From Vermamoeba vermiformis (lineage: Eukaryota), in NCBI GenBank assembly GCA_045837725.1, contig JBEWZL010000193.1, positions 62,001-126,000 of the forward strand: DNA of 64,000 bases. The letters run 5' to 3'. A program made the position numbers and the translations under genes. A model generated the notes under the pieces. It was not told the origin of the DNA, searched no databases, and was given only the letters and a program-made list of their open reading frames with translations. This document shows, piece after piece, positions 26,520-40,177 of this stretch (its first letter is position 1; each line of letters begins with the position of its first letter).

Positions 26520-29268
26520 ATGGATGAGGAGCTTGCAAGAAAAATACAAAAAGAAGAATCGAAAAATCATTCCAGTCCAGTTCGCAATCCAATGTAAATA
26601 AGACTACAATACACCAAATAATACTCCTATATTAATATTTCACTATAGTGATATTGATATAGAAGTATATGAAGAAGACGACTTTGATTACAGTGCGTTT
26701 GTTGAAAATGAAACAGATCTATCTGAAGATTTAATGCTCGCTTTGCAGGTATTTGATTAATACGAAAAATATAATTATAATCACCTTTATAACGATATTA
26801 TGCCAAATATAAATATAATCGCTTCATATCACGCGATCAAATTTCGTTTTCGCGAGACCGAAAAGCTTATTTACGTTGTTTATAATTAATTTCCTATAAA
26901 AAACAGCTCCAAGAAGCTGAATATATCGCGCAACAACATAAATATGATGTTGAAGATGTTAAACAATCACCAAACTCGAAATATGAAAAAGGTACGAAGA
27001 TCTGATCCACCATTCCACGACCAAATTTTCAAACGATTATAGTACCACATTTCTTATTAATATGCATGTATATTATAGTCGTAATGTCATCAGCCTCGGA
27101 TGTATACAGACAATACTACGGTGAAGAATATGGACTTGGATCCGTTAAAACTCCGACCAAAGAATTTGACAGTGATTTTGTTAGATCGAAGGGCGTCAAT
27201 GGTATGTATATTATAGGAGACTAGTATTATCATTGTATAGTGGTATATACTTTAATTCTTGTAATTACGTTGAAATTTATTGTTTGTTTATGAAACAAGA
27301 CCAATTACGTGAAAAAATTAGGAAATTATTTAATTATCTTATTTTTACTATATTTGGTAATTAGATAATAGTTAGTGATAGTATTTAACATTGCTTTTAT
27401 CTAGTTCCAACGGTGAAGCCAAATTCAGTGAACAAAGTCCACGGCCGCCAATCCACGCCGAGCAAAAGAAATCGATCGAACAGCAAAAAGAACGGATTAA
27501 ATAACAGCACTGAACGAGCTATTAATAGCACCAATCCTTCGCCGACTAAATTGAGTGGATTCGACCAAGTTCCGGACATTCAGGCCATCACTACTGACGA
27601 CAAAAATGACAATGTTATTGATCTAAATACTAACGGTGAGACCTTTAATAACATCATTACTATATAAGTCCATGCTAATATTGCCTTATTTAGAAATTGA
27701 TGACGTTTCACCCACCAAAGCAAAGGCCTCGAGTGGCGCATCCAACAAAAAACTGAAACGAATGGAAAAACAGGAAGTGATTCGCGTCACGAGGTACGGT
27801 GGTTTATATTAGACCCGGCGGCTATTGTACTAATATAGTAATACCATTTAGCGAGGGTGTCTTGGACGGTCGTACACGATTGATTTTGTACCGCTTGCGC
27901 AATGCCGACATGTTGCGCGAGTTACACGGCTGTGTCTCTGAAGGCAAAGAGGCCAAAGTCTATCACGCTGTAGCTGGTGACTACGAAGAATGTAAGTCAT
28001 AGTTTGCATCATTTGCGAAAGTCGCTCTTTGACACGTGTCCAAGTGTCAAAGTGTCAAAAACTTCGTTCGTGAAAATTACATGCTAGCTTGAACACCAGT
28101 CTTCTTAGCTTTTCAACTAGCGATTTTAAAGGCTGGTGTTTGACACGTGTCAATTATTGATTAGCGTTGTTCGTGGAATTAAAATGTTGTTTCTGAACAG
28201 GGGAGACACCGTACGAAGAAGGCGGTGAATTGGCCATTAAAATCTTCAAAACGACTTTGAACGAGTTTAGAGACCGCGAACAATACATTGCTGGTACGTG
28301 AATAACATTTCCATATTTGGAATGATAAGTTTTTGTAATCTTACTTGCTTTGTACAAATAGGTGACAGACGATTCAATGGCAAAATGAAACGATTAAATC
28401 CGCGCAAAATGATCAAAGTGTGGGCTGAAAAAGAAATGCGCAATTTGAAGCGACTGAAACAATGCGGAGTTAATGCGCCGACTCCACTGGCCCTCAGAAA
28501 ACACGTGCTCGTCATGTCCTTTTTAGGAAAAGACGGGTGGCCTGCACCACAATTAGCTCAAGCTAAATTAGACGATAACAAATTACGCGCTATTTATCTG
28601 CAGGTCGTGTTGATGATGCGAAGGGTAAGTCTTTGCAACAATTTTTTTTCATTTTTAATAAATTAATTAATTATTTTTTCTTTTTATAGATGTTCCAAAT
28701 GTGCGAGTTAGTTCATGCAGATCTCAGCGAATATAATATCCTTATTTGGAAAAATGAGCCGTACATTCTGGATGTGGCCCAAGCCGTCGAACATCATCAC
28801 CCTAATGCCGTTACATTTTTGAAGCGAGACTGCTTGAATATTACAAAGTTCTTCCATAGAAAAGGCCTACATAATTGCATGACTACCAAGGAATTGTTCC
28901 AGTTTGTAACGGATGCGTCGATCCCGGTCGGAGGCGAAGAAAAATATTTGACGAATTTACAAGAAAAGAAAGCTAAAGAGTCTAACGGCAACGACGACGA
29001 TATTATCTCGCCTGAAGATGAAGTAGAAGAACGACTATTCATGCAGATGTATATTCCTAGAACTTTGAGCGAAGTACGAGATCCCGATCAAGAAATTCAA
29101 GATCTGATGGACGGCAAGGCCCTGCATAGTATTTATCACCATACTATCACTGGTCTCAATCAAACTGATCTGAGTGGTATTATGCCCAATGAAGACCTCT
29201 CTGACGATAGTGACAGTGATAGCGATGACGACGAAGATCTGGATGTGGAAATCAACATTATTGTTTAA
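26520..29268 (+). CDS. RIO-family atypical kinase (RIO1/RIOK3-like)
   Basis: GCVSEGKEAKVYHA, AIKIFKTTLNEF, WAEKEMRNLKRL, LVHADLSEYNIL, ILDVAQAVE. N-terminal DEELARKIQ and DLMLALQLQ motifs recall RIOK3. Confidence 0.9.
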
Positions 29269-29500
29269 TACCATATATTGTTAATAAATTCATATTAATG
29301 TACGTGATCTATTTAAATGCACCCCCACTTTGAACAGCTAAACGTTTCCGAAAAAAAGCTGGATCCACCATCCAATGTAGATCGTGAATGGTTATCTACG
29401 CGTATTTGACAACTAATATGGCAAGTACGAAAACAATTTTAAATTACTCATTAGCATTTACTATTAAAACAAGGTACTAATAAAAAGCACAACAATTCTC

Positions 29501-31992
29501 TTACGCATCATCGCCTTCAAATTCCTCCTGCAACAAATTAAAATTAGATTTCTCATTCATGAACGAGCTATTCATGAATGAAACATACCTCTTGCTCATC
29601 GAACTGTTCTTCTTCCATCTCTGCAGCTTGACTTTTCAACGCTGCATCAAGTTGTCTGTGACCGTCACGTGCTGGTGCATAATATGGATTTATCCTAATT
29701 AAAAGAGTCAGATCGATAATGTTCAATGTACGGCGGTAAATACTAAATTAGTATTAATTTTTAGTAATTCTTCGTACGTACTCTAAAGCGGCGCTGTAAT
29801 AATGCATGGCCTCGTCGTATTTAGCCAATTGTACAAATAGTTCAGCGAGTGCAGTATGAAGTACATCAGACTTGATTTGATCGCAGTACTGTTCCAATCT
29901 AAATAAGATTTCCAAATTAGTTAATTCCAGTACAATGCGGATGCCGATCGAAAAAGTGCTTACAATGTAACGGCGTTATTATGTTGATTATCATCACGTA
30001 GCATATTAGCAGATCCTAAAATAGCATCGACGCAGTTTGGATTCAATTTGAGTGCCTTGTCGAACATTTCGCGCGCTTTCGTTCGTTGGTTTTGATCCGC
30101 TGCAAAAGCCAAGCCCATTAATGCTATCGCTTGAGCAGTATTCATATGTATTTGATTCGCGTCCTATTGAAATATTAAATAAATGCCCGAATTAAAACAA
30201 TCGTGTAACGGATCCAAAACTTACCATTGCCAATTGAAGCGCATCCTTTGGCGATTTGTTTAACAAACAAACTTCAATTAATCCGCGGTAAGGACCCAAA
30301 TCTCTCTTTTGTGAGCCAACCTATGCATTTAATCCAAAATTATTATCCGCTCCAGATCCGACTTTGACGTAACTTTCCACAAGCAAGAACAAAAAATATT
30401 TCAAATTTTCTTTCTTATTATTATTGTAGCCGGGACTAACTAAAAGCACTGCCGGCAATTCGCAAAAATGAAATGATAAGAAGCGTACCTGAGCGTTCTT
30501 AAACCACTCCATCGCTTCACGTGCTTTTCCAGCAGCCAAATACCTCCAGCCTTTCATTTCATTTGCCAACGGGTGTCTAGGTGCCAAACTAATAGCCTAT
30601 CAATATGTTAGTAAATTAATTCGTATAACTAGATCCACTCGTGACTTACTCTATCGTAATACATAATAGCGTGATCAGGCTTGCCTTTCATCTCACAATA
30701 CATGCCAATCGATGTCCATGTTTCAGGGCTCTGGGGATTAACTGCGAGTAACTCTTGAGTTAATCTAAAAGCGACAGATTAGAACGTGACCGTCATATAT
30801 AATAGATATTTCGGCCTCGTACTTATTCAGATCTGCAATTGCACCAGCATTTTTCAATATCAATGCGTAGTAGTCCATATTCGAGGTAAAAGTTTTGTCA
30901 AGAGCGCGGATCTGAGCAAAAAAAGTTAGCACGAACACAAAGGAATAAAAAATAGTTTGCGTACCCTTTCAAAGCTCTTTTGAGCTTTCTCAATGTTACT
31001 AGTTCGGTAAAAACACAAAGCCATAGTCTTTAACAAATGGCAGTTATGACTGTACTTCATTTTGGTAAACAGTTGAACGGCACCTGCATCCATCAGTTAG
31101 AAATTTGAACAATAATAATGGCTCGTTAAGCGGTATCTTACGTTCAAAATCGCACTTGGCATATTCAGCGTAAGCATCAATATATTGGAACAACGTTTTA
31201 ATGCCGTCATTTCCGTGCTCTTGTGCTTGCTGTCGTCGGTTCTCTTTTTCATTGTTCATATGATCGCTGATAATGTGTTGAAGCTCTGTAGCTGACACAC
31301 CTAACTCGATCAAGGCCTCAATAGCCTCCAACGAGAATGGGTATTGCCTTTTATGGAAAATTAGATCAACGTGGATCTGCCACTTTTGAACGCTTGATTG
31401 GACTTACTTTAGGACTTCTTTATAATACAATATGGCATTCTTTTTCTGATCGTAGAACTGAGATATTTGCGCGAGGCACATATTAACATAAACTGTTCTG
31501 TGGCTAGACGGGATCGAGACAAACTGCAGGTAAGCGTCAGCTCAAATTTCATCGTTACTAAATATTACGTACTGTCTGATGCGCTAATTTTAAATTCTTA
31601 AGCTTCATATAGCAATCACCGACTTTCATTTTAAATTGTATTTCGAAAGGAGACGGATTGGGCTTCTGATCTTGTCCGGCAGTTTTCGTCGCCAATTTTT
31701 GAAGGCCTTGCATATACGTTTGCTAATAAATACATATTAATTTATGCTCATATGTTAGAATAATTATTTAAATTACCAATGCTCGACGGTAATCTTGCGC
31801 GCCATACAACGAATTACCAAGCTCCAATATTGTTTCCTCGCTTGAATAAATATCAAAAAAATTGCCCTAATATCTTCGTTAATCAAATCATAGTTAGGAC
31901 TGACAGCATACCAAAATCTGAGCAGATCCAAAGAGTCCCGCTTCGTTCAAGCTTTTAATTTGCGAAACACTGAAATTTTCTTCCACGGACAT
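29501..31992 (-). CDS. ANAPC7: Anaphase-promoting complex subunit 7-like TPR protein
   Basis: N-terminus QIKSLNEAGLFGSAQIL; TPR exons YKEVLRQYPFSLEAIEAL, MDYYALIL, PETWTSIG, PYRGLIEVCL, KALKLNPNCVDA, AMHYYSAALRINP. Confidence 0.8.
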
Positions 31993-32138
31993 TATTATAC
32001 TGCCTTCAATACGATTACAAGTGGAAAAAGCGGCAAAATAGTTTAAATTTTTAAAACAAGCTCGTTTTTTTTTGGCGCCAAATGAAGCGTGCGTTATCCG
32101 ACATTTTAACATTTATAATTGTACTATTTACATTGGCA

Positions 32139-32666
32139 CTACTTAGACTGCGCGAGTTTCTCATTTACTATGACGGAGAAGTCGGAGCTACCGCCGATAA
32201 ACTTGTATGAATCCGGTGAGCAACCTTCGTAAATGAATGGCGAGGTCTGAAACTGATTTCCTTCGAATAACTAAATATATGTAAGTATAATTTATTACAC
32301 GTGTACTTATATTAGAAAGGTCCGCTACCTTCTGTTGCTGCGCGAGATGTGATCGCCATTCTCGTCGATCGACTCCGTTAATTATTAATTTAACATTAGG
32401 CCGCTCCTTTTTCAATTTTTCTCCCATATTTACGGCTATTTAGAATATTAGTAATTTTTACAATTTAAAAACATTTTTTCGCGTCAAAATTATTTTAATT
32501 ATAAAAACAGTCCGTTGCCGTTGCACAAGAGCTCCATTCAACCTTTTTGATTTTAGTACTAACCTCGTTCGTAGTATGAGCAACCAAAGAAGCCGTGGAT
32601 GTGGTAGCAAACTTCGGGGTGGCTCGGTGAGATCTTCTCCTTCAGCGACTGCCACAATGAGCTCAT
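32139..32666 (-). CDS. Glutaredoxin-fold small protein (three exons)
   Basis: MSSLWQ..YHIHGFFGCSYYERA|VNMGEKL..EWRSHL..|FQTSPFIY..FIGGSSDF. Single-Cys active site, cis-Pro (TSP) and GG motifs. Confidence 0.7.
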
Positions 32667-33119
32667 ACTAGTAGTGGTGGTATGTATAAACAGCTTAGTT
32701 AATGCAGTGTTCGGAGTTCATGTCAATTGCAACGCCGGGAGTTCACACAAATTTTTTATTAATTTCATGAATTCTTGCCACGAGTGCGCGTAGCATAATG
32801 ACGATTCATTACAATTAATTAGATTATCTATCGTGCATTATGTATTGCCTTCGTCCTAGCTCGAAGACTACGACTCCGGATGTCAATTTATTGAGATGGT
32901 CGTAACTCTACGCAGAACTTTAAGGATCATATCGGCGACAATTAAAATGCACCATGATTCACTGAAAAAAGTCCGGTAACCAATCAGAGCTTGTTTTCGT
33001 TTTATCAATTTTATTTTCCAGTACGCGACAACAAAAACTCAAATTTTGTTCATTTGTTCTTAATTAATCAGCACAAGTACGAAGAACTCGAATTGTATAT
33101 TCAATCGATAGCTCATACT

Positions 33120-34110
33120 ATGAAGTACATGCGAAGAAAGAGACCGTTGCCTAGTATGTACATCCAAAGGACTTTTGTCGATTAACAGTTACTGATTTGT
33201 TAATTTCTGTAGGAAAGCCCTATCGCAAGAACGATCGAAAATCAGATGTTCAGAAGCGTCCTTCAAAGCCAAGTAACATCGAACCAAAAGAGGATGCTTC
33301 GGGTCTCAGTGTTGATGCCGCACTGAACTTCAACGAGTTACCGTGCAAAGACCCAAGCCCATACTTGTGGCTCTCGAACAAGTTAGAGAAACTATGGCGT
33401 ACGAACATCACTTTCTTGGCTACGCAACCCTACACTATTGTAAATCCGCAAGCCGGTAAGTTAACATCGGCGATCCTCTTGCGTACAAGTATTCTTATCC
33501 ACAATTGCTTTTAGTTTATGTGACTGTGTCGACCTACACGATATTAAGACACCGATTGGAGTACGAGGAACTTCACACTGCGATCTACAACAAAACGACT
33601 ACCATCGCATCCATGGAAATGCAGATCGATCTCTTAGCGACATCCAAGCGTGATGCAGCCATCGCCCTTCCCCCACAGAAGTATTCAGAAGACTCTACCC
33701 TGGTTGTAGTTGAACATACCGAAACGGATGTAAATCCGTCGCTCGAGACGCTGAACTCATGGTTGGATGCACTCACGAAGGACAACGCTTTAGACTTCAG
33801 TCGCCATAACTCGTGGCTTCGCGACGATCATCTGGTACCGCAACTGGAACGAAGCAAGTTGAGCCGGCTCTTCGAGCTACTTCTACAACTCGAGGCGAAG
33901 ATTGTTATGATCTCAAAGTCGGATGGCGGCTGCTTTGAGCAATTCAAAGATGCCTACAGGAGTGATGCAGTGGTGGTGTCTCCTTCCGCCATCGACAGAG
34001 ACGTGCTCGATACCATCATGATCCGACATCCAGTGCTCAGTCAAGCGCTACAAGGTCTCTCTAACGCCTACAAACGCGGTCGCTTTGCCGTTGTTGCCCG
34101 CCCACAGTAA
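33120..34110 (+). CDS. Hypothetical protein, probably with one TM segment
   Basis: ATG 33120; exons matching ORFs 33197..33514 and 33505..34110 are linked by GT-AG introns. No recognisable domain. Confidence 0.45.
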
Positions 34111-34234
34111 GCTTGTGAAAGCATTGGTTTTGAGCTGTCACAATCAGATTGTGACACGTGTCAGATTTTTCTTTCAACAGAATTTTTTTCTTTATTAGCT
34201 CTATATTTTGATCAATAAAGCCACTACGCATACT

Positions 34235-36136
34235 ATGTAAGTCCGATCATGTATCAACTTGCGATCAGATCCAGATTCGAACAAATCGTTCTGATACTTC
34301 AAGCTATTAATTTTAGCACTGAGCGAATGTTCCTAATATCGCATATTTAGGAAATACTGCTGGGGAATTTTGTTGATTTTCTTGGCGGTCGTAGCAGGTA
34401 AATTGACACACCAATTTTCAAATCCGTTTCTATCAATAAATTTAATTGAAATATAACTGCAACTATTATTGATTATTTACGCACATCAAAAAATTGCACT
34501 TTTTGGCATTAAATTAGCAAAGTCATTCGACAATTGTCTGACATTTCTTATTTAGTCGTCTCTTGTAGACCCACTGAAGGAGACAAGTCCGTTATATTGA
34601 CTCCTGAGACTATAATGAGCTTTTTCAAGTCTGTTTGGGTCTTCGCGGATCGAGGAGGCGAGGATGTCGTGGATGAAACAGAACTTATCAAGACAATTCC
34701 AAACCGCAATATCCTCGAGGTTATATTTCGACTAGTTGACAAAAACTCCGATGGAGTCATTAGTTATGACGAGGCTTTGATTGAGTTCAAGAACCAAGCT
34801 GGATCTGAGCCTGGCCTCGCACCTCTTATTGACGCCGAGATTGAGAGAGTAAGTAACCTATGTTACCACCGTATAGCCTTAGTTTAATATACTGGCGTTA
34901 GTACCAAAGCAATCAAAAACTAGGCAAGATTAGAGGCATGTCTAAGTACCACGAGGAGATCGATCCCGTCATGTACGTCGCTGCAGATTACGCTCAGAAG
35001 ACTGTAAAGGCCAATGAAAACAATGAAAAGGGTATGTAGACGTCATTCAGTAAGCAATTGCGTATTAATAGTTCATTTGTGAACAGATCCAGACGTGTAC
35101 AATTGGCACCAACTTGATCTGATGTGCAGCTGGAACTTGAACAACTGCACGGACTATTGTGCTAGCATGCCTACCCTGTGCTTCGGTAAGTACATTAAAC
35201 GATATTAATGAGCCAATCAGCTGCTCTGTAAACTCACCTCAGTATCCTCGTAGAGACTTGCAAATCCGGCTTGCCTCGTTACTTTGGTGATCAGCCTAAG
35301 GCCTGTGAATGCTTGCTTCCTCACATGTTCGTCTGCAGCTGGCCGTGCTTCTTGCGCACGTGGGCCTGCAGCACTAAGAAGCTGTTAGAGCCTTGCTCCA
35401 AGTGCGTGTCACGCGAGGACGATCTGCAACGTATTTTTACTGACATAATCTCCTAGGGTGTCCAAGTGCGGTGATATCCATGGCACAAGCTGTGGATGGT
35501 GCAAGTCAAGCAGCAAAGCCTTACCGGGTGATGCCACTGGGCCCTTCACTGGCGAATGCGAAACCAAAGATTGGGTTAGCAAGGCCTCTCAATGCCCGTG
35601 CGAAGAGATGACGCATTGCGATAATATTCGAGGTAAGGGTAATATAATTGGCTCTAATCCTTAATTGTTGAAAAAATAACGGTAACAAAAATTGGCGGGC
35701 TTTTGGATCAAGTTTGGTTTTTTGCTATAATATGAATTTGAAAATATATATTGTTGTGGGTAATTATTACCTTTATCGTGGAAGAGCTAACAGAACTATT
35801 TAAGGCTCCACCAACTGCGGATGGTGCAACTCGACCAGAACAGCTCTTCCAGGCACAGCAGAAGGTCCAACTGAGCCTTCAGCGTGCCCAAAAAATAATT
35901 GGGAGTTCTATAATCATGCTAGAGCAGCCAAATCGCATATTCTCTACTTCAATCCGCAGGATACAATCTGCGATCGTTGCAGCGCTATCACCACCTGCCA
36001 AGAGATCTACGCGAGTGGCGGATGTGGTTGGTGCGAGGACTCGAGCAAGGCATTGCAAGGAAGTGCTACAGGCCCAAATCAAGGCCAGTGCACGAACTGG
36101 ATTTGGAATGCGTTGGACTGCCCAAACAAAGACTGA
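34235..36136 (+). CDS. Secreted protein with an EF-hand pair and C-terminal PSI-like Cys-rich repeats
   Basis: Signal peptide MKYCWGILLIFLAVVAVVS (ATG split by intron 34237..34350); EF loop DKNSDGVISYDE; three repeats of the type CGWCKSSSKALPGDATGPFTGEC..W. Confidence 0.7.
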
Positions 36137-36316
36137 ACGCGGTGAGTCTTCTTATTATAGCGAACCCTTAAATATATTTTTGTATATTTTCTATTTAATA
36201 AATTCGCTCACATGTGGCGAATCAATCAAAAAATTATGAACAAAAACATCGTTACACGCGATCGAATTTTTATTCTTTCAGTACACTTCTATCAAATACA
36301 ATAGTATTGCCATGCA

Positions 36317-39061
36317 ATGATAGAAGATATTAATAGCGACGCTATTGAGGTCAATCTCGATAATTTGATCTTGCCAGCGCGTTTATACAGAATAGTCGAA
36401 AATGATCCCGCTGCAGAGAAGCGAAAGCAGGCATTTTTAGAACGATGGGGAGTATTTGATATTAATACGACCACTCCTCTTGGTGCTCAAAAGGCGAGCG
36501 GAGTCACAGATCCTGCTAAGGTACGTTGCGCTTCATTATTTTTCTTAGATCAGCCAAGAAATCCTTTAATATCGATTCTTTCGTATGTATGTTATTTATA
36601 ATAATTTATTTTATTATAATAGGACGAATGCACCGTTGAGTTATGCTCGTTTGAGGATCTGGCGGCAATTACGTTGCCAGCGTCGCTATTTCATTTACAA
36701 GACTTTTCTAGTATATTTTCTTCTGACGTATGGAACAATATTCTCGATGAAGAGGATAGAAAGAAATTAGAGGTAATTATTTTGAGTACGCATCTGTGTG
36801 TACTGACCATTTTCTTAGGGCTATTTGCCTAGAATCAACGATTATAGTAGCCAAGATATTATAAAAGATCTATTCGAGGGAAATTCGGTGCAGCAGTTCA
36901 ATATTGACCCTGTTAAGCAGTTTACCAAGAACTTAAGAGGTACGATGCGATCTAGGTCGAAATTGCCAACTAACGAATCTTTTAGGTGGAGTCTACAACG
37001 TAGAAGTATATGGATATAAGAAGTTTATTGAATCAATGCTGGATCAACTGCACGGACTGAAAATCAAGCGCGATCGACTAAATCTGCTTCAGAAGTCGCT
37101 CTCAAACAATACAACTACCGAATATATGACTGAGATCACGCACGACTTATATTACGAGCAATTGCATGACAAGCCAATTAAGAAGAAAGAGAGGTCCAGT
37201 GGCGCCATTCACAAGCTGATCGACGATCCAAAGAAATCTCGAAAGAGGAAAGAGCGCGAACAAACATCCTCAGACGATGAAAATGGCCGCGAGTCAAAAC
37301 GCCAGAAGCTCGTAAGTATTGCTTATTATCATCCTTCCTCCATCAAATTTCTCATCCGTTACGCGCAGACTGAATCCAAGAAAAAAGACACTAGTCGCAG
37401 TCAGATGAAGAGGTCTCATCCGCCACCACCTCCAATTAAGCCATTTTCATTCTTTTCATCGGTCTATGAGCTCTTTAATTTGAATAATAAGGAGGCGTCG
37501 ACGGATCTCGTACGTACCATCCACAACCAACCACTAAGCTTACCTTCAATAATAGGTCACTTCGTATATCGATGAGAACCCTAAAGTAGTCAGTTTAGTG
37601 CCTATTCAATACTCTACGAATGATTTTGTAGAAATGGCGCTAAAGTTCCTCGAGGATCCGCCAGACTTACGAGCATCGACTTCAGGCAAAACAGCGACCT
37701 TTGTAAGTATTGCTCCGATGTATTGGATTGAATACTATAATAATAATATACCATGTTTTAATATTATAAGCTAATTTAAGAATTAATCCTACTTACTGTA
37801 AGTAGCCGCTAACTCCGAAGGAATTTAGGAGTTCAAATTTCATCAATTGTAGCGGCTTACTTTAAAGCCATATAGCCTAATTAACATGCTTATTGTCCCT
37901 TATTAATACGCTTTCGTTATTTTCAGAATTCTTTTGTGGAATATGACGACGAATCGGGAACGTGGCGCTGGCTAGCTAATGACGAAGCGGTGCCGTACTT
38001 TGACCAGTTAGAACAAGTATTTTTCTTTGCCGTGACGAGAGGACAAGTTGACTACGCCAAAAATGAAGTCAGATTACAATTGCATTCGAAACAAACGGTA
38101 AGTAGTGCGATATCTATGAGGGCGCTTTAATCAAGCGTAATATCGAGCTTAATTAAATTAATTTCGGTCTCGTGTACCGCCGTAATGCTTTCTATATAAG
38201 GCAATTAAGCTATCGTTACCTTTGCAAGAATTTTCTGACGCAATCTTTTTGTTGCATAGCATACTATTTTGCCTGAAGATTTGAACGCGGAAGAATACCG
38301 CCGTCAAGAGCGTGAACGATACAAAAATCCCGATAAGCCCTTTACTTATCGTACACAGGTATTTGTTTCGGCTATTTACAGAACGTAAATTTACGGTCTA
38401 TATTTAGGGCAATGCGTACACTGTAGCACCGTTAAAAGAGACCGGAAAAGCACGCGAACACACGATATTAAAGTCAGACAGGCACGTGCAATATAGAATT
38501 CACTGAAAATTTTCCTCGACCTTAGATCCAGGAGATACTGCCGAGATTAACTTTCCTTTTTTAGACCGAGTCAGGTGACTATATTATCGTTGGTCCGTGA
38601 TTCTGCTGCACGGTTACCAGGCGGCTTAGGCACGAAACAAGACGTAGTAACATTGTTCCGCCAATCACAGTATCCTTTCAGACGCGAGAAAATTAACGCA
38701 ATGATTGAAGAATCTTGAATGTTACTGGAAGCCTAACCTTTTTTTGGAAGGTCATTTGATATATATTGCTCCTTAACATTGTTGCAGGTACCTGATCGAC
38801 AATGCTGCTGAAACTCAAATTCACTCGGCGGTCCGAGGTGCGCTGGATCGACTGCAAGCGGAAGCAGATCCACCTGTGCGATATGACGCTGACCTCAAGC
38901 TATGGCTCTACTTGCATCGGTCACGGTCAGAACAAGATTGGCGTAAGTGTTTAATTAATTGGTCGCGTATACTTACTTAATTTATTAACTTTTGTACCGA
39001 AGTTGACATTGTGGCTGGAAAATTCGGAACACCGGGCACAATTACGACGGTCATATCGTAG
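36317..39061 (+). CDS. NFRKB: NFRKB/INO80G-like protein (DEUBAD plus winged-helix domains)
   Basis: TWNNILDEEDRKKLEGYLP; QERERYKNPDKPFTY; AREHTILKSDRPSQVTILSLVRDSAARLPGG.GT; GALDRLQAEADPPVRYD..KLWLYLHR. Confidence 0.88.
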
Positions 39062-39266
39062 TACGAGGGAGGGAATGGTTAGTCAGTGAAACTAACGAGG
39101 AGCCGAAAAGTGTAAAGATTAGAGATTTATTTGACAGCATCCGTTACGCGCAAACTCAAAATGCAGGACACAACGATGGTTACAACAGTATTATAGTACA
39201 ACGGACCGATATGGTCCAAGGATATTCACAATGACGAGTATTTACATGGATTTGAAGAGCTGAATT

Positions 39267-40177
39267 CTAGCTGCTGCCGATCTGGTACTTTTTGGCCAAA
39301 AATTCTGCTTTCCAACGGAAGAGTTGTCGTTCGAGGGACTTCCAGCCATTGATCTTGGGCTTCTTATTGAAGTACGAGCTGAGCGCGCTTTGACTAATGC
39401 AATGTAATTAGAAAGTTGTATCCAAATTTGGTACAATAAAGCCCTTTTTGGAGGTCTAAAAGTTGTGTGCGGAAATTTGGCCCGAAGTCGTAATAATATT
39501 AGCCCATGATATATATCCTCATACCTTATACCAAGAGTCCTGGCCAAGCTCTTCTGTAGAATGTTATGTTCATGCAAGATCCGCGTTAGTTCTTCGTGCA
39601 GCACTTCATCCGGAAAAGGTTGCGGTTTCGTTATCGGTTTACGTTGCGCCAAGCGATTCTTTATCTCCTGTTTGGTGGCTTCGTCTAAAGTAGACACATA
39701 GGTTTCAGTTGCAGAAGATACGGGCATCAGTTTGAATTCTGTACCAGCGGCGGATGCGTGGTTAAATTGGCGGGTTAGAACCAAAACCAGATCATTTGGG
39801 TGAGTCTGAACTTCGTAAAAGTTCTTCGTGGGTATCAACACGTTCTTTTCGTCATATTCTTCAGCCTCGGCCTGAAATTCCTTTCGGACAATTTGGAGAT
39901 CTTGCGCGTCACCTTGTAAAGTCTGTGGCTCTGGCGTTACGGGCGCGGAGTCGCCTATACTGCTCGGAGATTCTTTGGAGGACATATAGTACGTGTCGTC
40001 TTGCTCCAATTCGTCTTGGGAAAGTTGATCCGATTGGTACGCGCAGGAGTCAGATGAGGCCATGAGAGAGTCGAAGGGAATTTGGCTCAAATAGATTAGC
40101 TCGGGCTCCATTGGGAACTCGTTCCACCACTCTTCATATCCGTTAGGCGCAGGATCGTATTGCGAATGAACTTCCAT
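39267..40177 (-). CDS. Putative transcription factor with an acidic N-terminus and a C-terminal lambda-repressor-like HTH
   Basis: Spliced product LTRILHEHNILQKSLARTLGISQSALSSYFNKKPKINGWKSLERQLFRW; intron about 39524..39392. Confidence 0.65.

Noticed and set aside
32560..32750. GC-richer stretch considered as a structured ncRNA (RNase P/MRP, snoRNA)
   Set aside because: Mostly explained as exon 1 of the glutaredoxin-like gene; no hallmark ncRNA motifs.
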